DNA of 64,000 bases from Clostridia bacterium (lineage in GTDB: Bacteria > Bacillota > Clostridia > Christensenellales > Aristaeellaceae). The notes under the pieces were generated by a model. The model was not told the DNA's origin. It searched no databases and saw only the letters and a list, made by a program, of their open reading frames with translations. The translations under genes were made by a program, and so were the position numbers. Shown piece after piece: positions 57,534-64,000 of the stretch (the stretch's first letter is position 1; every line of letters starts with the position of its first letter). The stretch spans positions 1,130 through 65,129 of the forward strand of contig JAZOUD010000143.1 in the NCBI GenBank assembly GCA_045658005.1. Direction: 5' to 3'.

Positions 57534-60500
57534 ATGTCTACGCTTTTGGAACAGGATCGCATCAATCGTGAGAGACTGAGCACGAGCGATTTCAATAAGA
57601 ACTTCCTGGTATCCGCCGGGGCAGGGGCCGGAAAAACCTACCTGACCGTAGAAAGAGCATTCAACATGCTCTGCGACAGGCAACTCGGCCTTCATCCGCA
57701 GGACATCGTGCTGATCACATTTACCCGGAAAGCGGCCACAGAAATGAAGACCAGGCTGAATCGGTGGATCAGAGGCGCACTGGCGAAGGCTGAGACCGAT
57801 GAGAACCGCTTGTTCCTCCAGGGGTTGCTGGACAGCCTGCCTGAGATGCAGATCAGTACGATACACTCCTTCTGCCAGAGGGTGCTCAACGACTATCCGC
57901 TGGAGTCCGGTGTCGGTTTTGCCCCGGTATTTGATTCAGAGGAAGGCGGACCGGACAGCCGGAGCGAGATGTTTTTCAACGAAGCCTGGAACACCGGGAT
58001 GTGTCCAGACTCGGTGAACGCTGGCATACGCCGGGATATGATGCTGGGCGCGTTCAAAATGCTCGACAGTAAAAGCAACGTACAGCCCCAGTATATAGAT
58101 ACACGGACTGAGGCCGGAATGGCGTTTGCCGACGAAACCCTGGACATGTGCAAAAAGCTGATTGCACTGTTCTCGGGTGCGGTGGAAAGCGTCGATCCAT
58201 CGCAATTCCACTATACGCTTGAAAACGCCATCCGAAGTGGCGATGACCCGACGACGGATGTCATCCTGGCCGCAGCACGCACGATTACCCGGAATGGCAA
58301 AGACGCCCGCAACTTGATGGGCAAGAGCAGCAGTAAGACGGCAGTAAAAGCTGTAGCGGATTTGAGCGCGTTCCTCTCCGGCGGTGACGCGGATGCTGCG
58401 CTTGAAGCCATTGAGCAGATGTTCGCGTCCGCAAAGGGCGCGAAGAAGATCAACCGCCATGATTATATGCTGGAGCGCGTTCATATGCTGCCCGCCGAGT
58501 ACCGGATATGCGCGGAGGCAGTTGAGGGACTGCCGGCTGATGAAGCGCTTGAAAAACTGTCCCAGGACATCGACCTTTTGCTCCACGGCATTGTCATGCG
58601 GGAGGCCCTTCAGCTGCGTCAGGCTTATGCTGACTTCCGAAAACAGAATCATATCGTGACCCTGGACGACATGCTCACGCGGACGGCCAGGCTGGTGCGC
58701 GAGCATCCCTCTGTTCGGGAGAAGCTTCATAAGCAGTACAAGGTTTTCTTTGTGGATGAGTTTCAGGACACGGACCCGATTCAAACGGATATCATCTTTG
58801 GCATCGCTGCAGATCGATATGATCCCGATTGGCATAAGTGCGTACCGCATCCTGGCAGCCTGTTCCTGGTCGGCGATGCCAAGCAGGGCATCTATCGTTT
58901 CCGTGGCGCGGACATCTCCATGTGGCAGGAAGCCGAAACTGTGATGCGGGAAACCGGAGGCGAGGTCGTTCCCCTTTACATGAATTACAGAAGCACGAGC
59001 GAGATCTGCGACGCCGTCACGAGTGTATTCGGCGATCTCGGCCCGCTACGCATGCAGAGTGACGCCTATCAGGCGGAGTACCGCGAGATGGTGGCGCATC
59101 GCGGCCATGGCCCGGAGGCCGTATTCCACCATGAACTGACGTGTGAAAGTGAAGGTGAGGGGCATAGACTGGCGGCCCAGCAAATTGCCCAGTATATCCA
59201 GGATCGTGTTCAGAGCGGTCAGAACAGGTATGAGGACTTCCTGCTGCTGAGCTTCTATCGGGAAAAGCACATGGCCTATGCGGACGAGTTTCGGAAGAGA
59301 AAGATCCCCGTCAAGTTCGACGGTAAGCTGCCCATGGACGATTATCAGCCTATCTACCGGCTCAATCTGCGGGTTCAGGCAGTGTGTCACCCCCTGGACG
59401 AGACGATCTCCTTCCGGGTGCTCTGTGAATGCGGGAATGTCCTGCCGGAGGAGTGGGATCTGTTCCGCATGTGCGTTAAGGAACTGCCGGAGGAGACACT
59501 GCTGACGCGCTACAGAGATACGCGCAGCCTGATGGCGCATGTGGATGAACTGACGAAGCTCCTGCCGGATACGGAGATGAACCGGCGTATCCTGAAGGCA
59601 CTGGCGATGCTCAACCGGGACCGCCTGCTGAGCCAGCAGAGGACGCCCTGCGCATTCCTGGAGGAATTGGTCGAAAAGAGCGATGGCCTCTTTGTCGATC
59701 CTTATGACGCGGAGGAATTCCAGAATCAGTATGCCGCGCTGCTGTGGGTGATCGACTCGATCCGCGCAGAGAATCCCCAGCAGTTTGTCGACATGGCCGA
59801 CATCCTGTCCGTATATGCGGAAAGCGAAATGGATCGTATGCCGTCGATACGCGCCGACAGCAACTTCGTGCGGTTGATGAACCTCCACAAGGCAAAGGGC
59901 CTTCAGGGGAAAATTGTGATCTACCTGCCGGGAAAGCCATCGACTATGGGCCCGGATTCCAACGTACAGCGGGATGAAAACATCTCCCGTGGATGGTTTG
60001 TCCTCAAAGAAAAGGACAATGCGAGATCGGTTCAATACGCGCCGCCGGAATGGGAAGAACATAAAAAAGAGGAGACCGAGTACCTCAAGGCAGAGAAGGT
60101 TCGCTTGAAATATGTCGCGCTTACCCGAGCAGAGGATGAAGCGCATGTATTCACCCTTCGTATCGAGACAGACGGTGGCAAGGCAAAGACGCATAAGATA
60201 TGGAGCGGCTTTGATGCGACCGGCGCTGAGGCGGATCCCATCGACGTGGAAGAAGTTGAAGAACAGGCCGCACCCTCTGATGAATTGGAAAGAAACGCTC
60301 GGGCCGAACAGCGCAGCCTTGAGTGCAGGCTTCCGATGATAACACAGGCAGCCGTTAAGCGTGTCACGCCCAGCGAAGTGGATGCCACAAGGCTTAAGCA
60401 GGAGCCTGTGAAGGTCGAAGAACAGGTTGGGCAGGGGCATATTGCAGCGACCCAGACAAGGCCCGGAGGAACTTCTTGGGGCACTGCTGTCCACCGGGCG

Positions 60501-61070
60501 GCAGAGCTGATCGTCTCCGGCGGGCATTTCACGGCAGAAGCCCTCGAAGCTGCCGCAACGCAGGCTGTGATGGAAGCTTTTGAAAGCGAACTCCTGAGTG
60601 AACGGGATCGTGCGGCACTGCTGCTCCCGAAGGATGCGAAGACCCTTGAGCAGATCCGGAAGCACCTGGCTGGTGAAATCATCGACAGCCTGAGCTTTAT
60701 GCTGGATGAGCATTCCAACTTCAGGAAGATGCTGAATGGCGCGGTGTGCTACCCGGAGATGCCGTTCGTCGTCTCAGTAGGGGCAGAAGAGAAGACACTC
60801 TTTGAAAAGCTGGCGCCGATGACCAAAGTCGGCGGTGAACGCAGAATCGACATTTCGGGCAAGATCGACCTCGCGCTCCGTTATCCCGACGGCACATGGC
60901 GCATTGTCGATTACAAGACGGACCGAATGCTTCCGTGCGATCATGGCGATGTTCAGGCATTCCGATGCAGGCTGGACCGGGAGTACGGGAATCAGCTTTC
61001 GACCTATCAGGCGGTGCTGGAAAACCTGACCGGAGAAAAGGTCATCGAAGCAAAGCTGCTGGCGATATGA
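57534..61070 (+). CDS. addA: AddA-type UvrD-family helicase with C-terminal PD-(D/E)XK nuclease
   Basis: RBS AGGAG lies 8 nt upstream. Walker A is SAGAGAGKT, with helicase motifs TFTRKAA, DEFQDT and GDAKQGIYRFRGA. The C-terminal nuclease motif is GKIDLA...RIVDYKTD. Confidence 0.85.
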   Translation: MSTLLEQDRINRERLSTSDFNKNFLVSAGAGAGKTYLTVERAFNMLCDRQLGLHPQDIVLITFTRKAATEMKTRLNRWIRGALAKAETDENRLFLQGLLDSLPEMQISTIHSFCQRVLNDYPLESGVGFAPVFDSEEGGPDSRSEMFFNEAWNTGMCPDSVNAGIRRDMMLGAFKMLDSKSNVQPQYIDTRTEAGMAFADETLDMCKKLIALFSGAVESVDPSQFHYTLENAIRSGDDPTTDVILAAARTITRNGKDARNLMGKSSSKTAVKAVADLSAFLSGGDADAALEAIEQMFASAKGAKKINRHDYMLERVHMLPAEYRICAEAVEGLPADEALEKLSQDIDLLLHGIVMREALQLRQAYADFRKQNHIVTLDDMLTRTARLVREHPSVREKLHKQYKVFFVDEFQDTDPIQTDIIFGIAADRYDPDWHKCVPHPGSLFLVGDAKQGIYRFRGADISMWQEAETVMRETGGEVVPLYMNYRSTSEICDAVTSVFGDLGPLRMQSDAYQAEYREMVAHRGHGPEAVFHHELTCESEGEGHRLAAQQIAQYIQDRVQSGQNRYEDFLLLSFYREKHMAYADEFRKRKIPVKFDGKLPMDDYQPIYRLNLRVQAVCHPLDETISFRVLCECGNVLPEEWDLFRMCVKELPEETLLTRYRDTRSLMAHVDELTKLLPDTEMNRRILKALAMLNRDRLLSQQRTPCAFLEELVEKSDGLFVDPYDAEEFQNQYAALLWVIDSIRAENPQQFVDMADILSVYAESEMDRMPSIRADSNFVRLMNLHKAKGLQGKIVIYLPGKPSTMGPDSNVQRDENISRGWFVLKEKDNARSVQYAPPEWEEHKKEETEYLKAEKVRLKYVALTRAEDEAHVFTLRIETDGGKAKTHKIWSGFDATGAEADPIDVEEVEEQAAPSDELERNARAEQRSLECRLPMITQAAVKRVTPSEVDATRLKQEPVKVEEQVGQGHIAATQTRPGGTSWGTAVHRAAELIVSGGHFTAEALEAAATQAVMEAFESELLSERDRAALLLPKDAKTLEQIRKHLAGEIIDSLSFMLDEHSNFRKMLNGAVCYPEMPFVVSVGAEEKTLFEKLAPMTKVGGERRIDISGKIDLALRYPDGTWRIVDYKTDRMLPCDHGDVQAFRCRLDREYGNQLSTYQAVLENLTGEKVIEAKLLAI

Positions 61071-62137
61071 TTGTGCTGAAGAAGAATAATACCATGCCGG
61101 AGAGGTGTGAAGCGTATCGAAAGGTCGTTCCATTTGATCGGATAAAGGCGCTGACAGCGGACACACTGGTGTTTGTGACGCCCATCTATTACTACGAGAT
61201 GAGCGGTCAGATGAAGACCCTGCTGGACAGGCTCAACCCGCTGTACCCGTCGGACTATAAGTTCCGCAATGTGTACATGATGTCCGTCGCGGCGGAAAAT
61301 GACATCCATGTACCGGACAGGGCGGTCAACAGACATGAGGCCGGCGTGCGCTATGCCGAACGCCTCGCCGCCTACGGATATGCCGCCTTTGTCTTCGATT
61401 TCTGCGGCGGCAGCGCGGGCGGCACGCAGAACCGAAGCGACGGAAGCAATTCGGAGATGTCAGTTCTGACGGAGGCCTCGGACCTGTCGGCGGTGCTCGA
61501 CGCCGCGAAGGCGTGGCCGTTTGTGGACAGCGATAAGATCTTCCTCCTCGGTGGCAGCCAGGGCGGCCTGGTCACCATTATCACGGGCTGCGAGCGCCAG
61601 GACGAGCTCGCGGGCATGATGCTGATGTATCCCGCGCTCTCCGCCAAAGCAGACAGCCAGGCCAACAGCTATGCCTCGCCCGAGGATGTGCCGCTGTTCG
61701 GCGGCTGGATGCACGTGGGCAGGAACTACAACACCGACCTGTGGCAGGTGGATTTTGACCAACTGCTTGCGTCCTGCCGTGGAAAGCTGCTCCTCCTCCA
61801 TGGAGACCGGGACAGCACAGTCGATGTCTCCTGGTCCGAGAAAGCCGTTGAAATCATACCGGACTGCGAATTCCACGTCATTTCCGGCGGTGGACATGAG
61901 TTCTACGGCCAGCCCTTTGAGGACGCGATGGGGTATAATCGATGGACAGCTCAACGATGCGGATTAACGAGAACAGGAACGAAAGACACTGTTGGAGGTG
62001 CAATCCATGGCGCTTATTCAGATGGAATTCAAGTCCGAGACACTGAAGCGAACGGTACCCGTGAATGTCATTCTTCCGATCGAAAAGTTCAAGGGGCCCT
62101 ATCCGACCCTGTACCTGTTGCACGGACTAACCGATAA
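61067..62137 (+). CDS. Chimeric ORF: flavodoxin-fold fragment fused to an N-terminally truncated alpha/beta-hydrolase. The 3' end is probably frameshifted near 61930.
   Basis: The ATG overlaps the addA stop (ATGA). TADTLVFVTPIYYYEMSGQMKTLLDRL is flavodoxin/NADPH-FMN-reductase-like. From about 61330 an alpha/beta hydrolase follows with GGSQGG, HGDRD and GGGHEF. A shift of one base at the GGGG run (61930-33) would give ...AMGIIDGQLNDAD* ending at 61967. Confidence 0.5.
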   Translation: MIVLKKNNTMPERCEAYRKVVPFDRIKALTADTLVFVTPIYYYEMSGQMKTLLDRLNPLYPSDYKFRNVYMMSVAAENDIHVPDRAVNRHEAGVRYAERLAAYGYAAFVFDFCGGSAGGTQNRSDGSNSEMSVLTEASDLSAVLDAAKAWPFVDSDKIFLLGGSQGGLVTIITGCERQDELAGMMLMYPALSAKADSQANSYASPEDVPLFGGWMHVGRNYNTDLWQVDFDQLLASCRGKLLLLHGDRDSTVDVSWSEKAVEIIPDCEFHVISGGGHEFYGQPFEDAMGYNRWTAQRCGLTRTGTKDTVGGAIHGAYSDGIQVRDTEANGTRECHSSDRKVQGALSDPVPVARTNR

Positions 62138-62235
62138 CTGCAACGGCTGGCTCAGCTACAGCAGAATCCGCCTTTGGGCAGAGGACAGCGGGCTCGCGGT
62201 CGTTATGCCGTCCGGGGAAAACTCGTTCTATATAA
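62007..62235 (+). pseudogene. N-terminal fragment (about 76 aa) of an esterase-D/tributyrin-esterase-type alpha/beta hydrolase
   Basis: RBS GGAGGTG precedes the ATG at 62007. The sequence MALIQMEFKSETLKRTVPVNVILP...YPTLYLLHGLTDNCNGWL...AVVMPSGENSFY breaks off at about 62235. Confidence 0.55.
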
Positions 62236-62470
62236 TCCCCCGCTGGATCGTCATCAGCAACTTCCAGGAGTTCCGCATTCACGACATGAACAATCCCCAT
62301 CCGCATCTCGATCAGCCAGTTCCACGGCATCGAGATCAACGACCTCGCCGTCATGGCCGCCTATGGCATTAAAAAGGGCGATCCGGCCTTTGCCAGCGAA
62401 AGCGCCTGCGTCGCGCTGCTGATGAAGCTGTATCAGGCATTGACGGGCGTCAGGAACGGCCGTGATCCAC
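62236..62470 (+). pseudogene. Concatenated remnants of an MmeI/YeeA-like (type IIG/IIL) DNA methyltransferase-restriction gene
   Basis: IVISNFQEFRIHDM resembles the N-terminal YIIVxDFxxFRIYD motif. FHGIEINDLA resembles the methylase core. VMAAYGIKKGDPAFASESACVALLMKLYQALTG resembles the family C-terminus. These were recognised from memory only, and the pieces are in different frames. Confidence 0.35.
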
Positions 62471-62472
62471 AT

Positions 62473-62510
62473 GAAAAGGGCTGTAAGAGTCTCGAACCTG
62501 TTACAGCCCT
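62473..62510 (-). terminator. Rho-independent terminator of eno
   Basis: On the minus strand the stem AGGGCTGTAA / TTACAGCCCT (62477-86 / 62501-10) is followed by TTTT. Confidence 0.7.
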
Positions 62511-62528
62511 TTGTCTCGTGTTTGACCG

Positions 62529-63968
<1,440 letters not shown>

Positions 63969-64000
63969 TTATACCACAGCATAATTAGTTATATCATACT

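Overview
This is a 64-kb chromosomal segment from a high-GC, Clostridia-like Firmicute. Supporting signs are GGAGG-type ribosome-binding sites, a spore-coat SPOCS/DUF3794 protein, lipoproteins with LxGC lipoboxes, and many long antisense ORFs that are GC artefacts. All calls were made by eye from the sequence and the ORF track, and no searches were run.

About 50 genes are supportable. Roughly 0-50 kb is ordinary core or metabolic content:
- C69 dipeptidase, PfkB-family kinase and a KtrAB-type K+ uptake pair.
- PrsA-like PPIase, HD-GYP phosphodiesterase and SbcCD.
- NUDIX hydrolase, prephenate dehydratase, and a Y-family polymerase with a YolD-like partner.
- A GlnPQ-type amino-acid ABC importer with two fused binding domains.
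- GH13 amylase, a CadC/HMA/CadA-type metal efflux operon, a MATE pump, a PAP2 phosphatase and GlgB.
- Enolase closes the right edge of the window.

I found no CRISPR array, rRNA, complete tRNA, integrase or transposase.

The most interesting items are:
1. A clear cobalamin riboswitch with its own terminator (34575-34836). It controls an atypical seven-gene operon: an AstE/AspA-family deacylase, a complete Opp/Nik-type ABC importer, and an extra PBP lipoprotein.
2. An orphan 100-aa protein with a textbook double-glycine (bacteriocin/ComC-type) leader fused to an SH3b domain and a Cys-rich tail (47915-48217).
3. A decayed accessory zone (about 50.3-62.5 kb). It contains an orphan 3' half of tRNA-Arg(UCU) with its own terminator, which I read as an integration scar. 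It also holds a lower-GC addB-addA helicase-nuclease pair whose addB carries an in-frame TGA, a metallophosphoesterase with an in-frame TAG, a collapsed Fe-hydrogenase-like/GGDEF/EAL sensor gene, and a mosaic of fused gene fragments that includes remnants of an MmeI/YeeA-like methyltransferase.

Several single-nucleotide frameshifts sit in homopolymer runs and could be sequencing errors. The large in-gene deletions and the nonsense codons cannot be explained that way.
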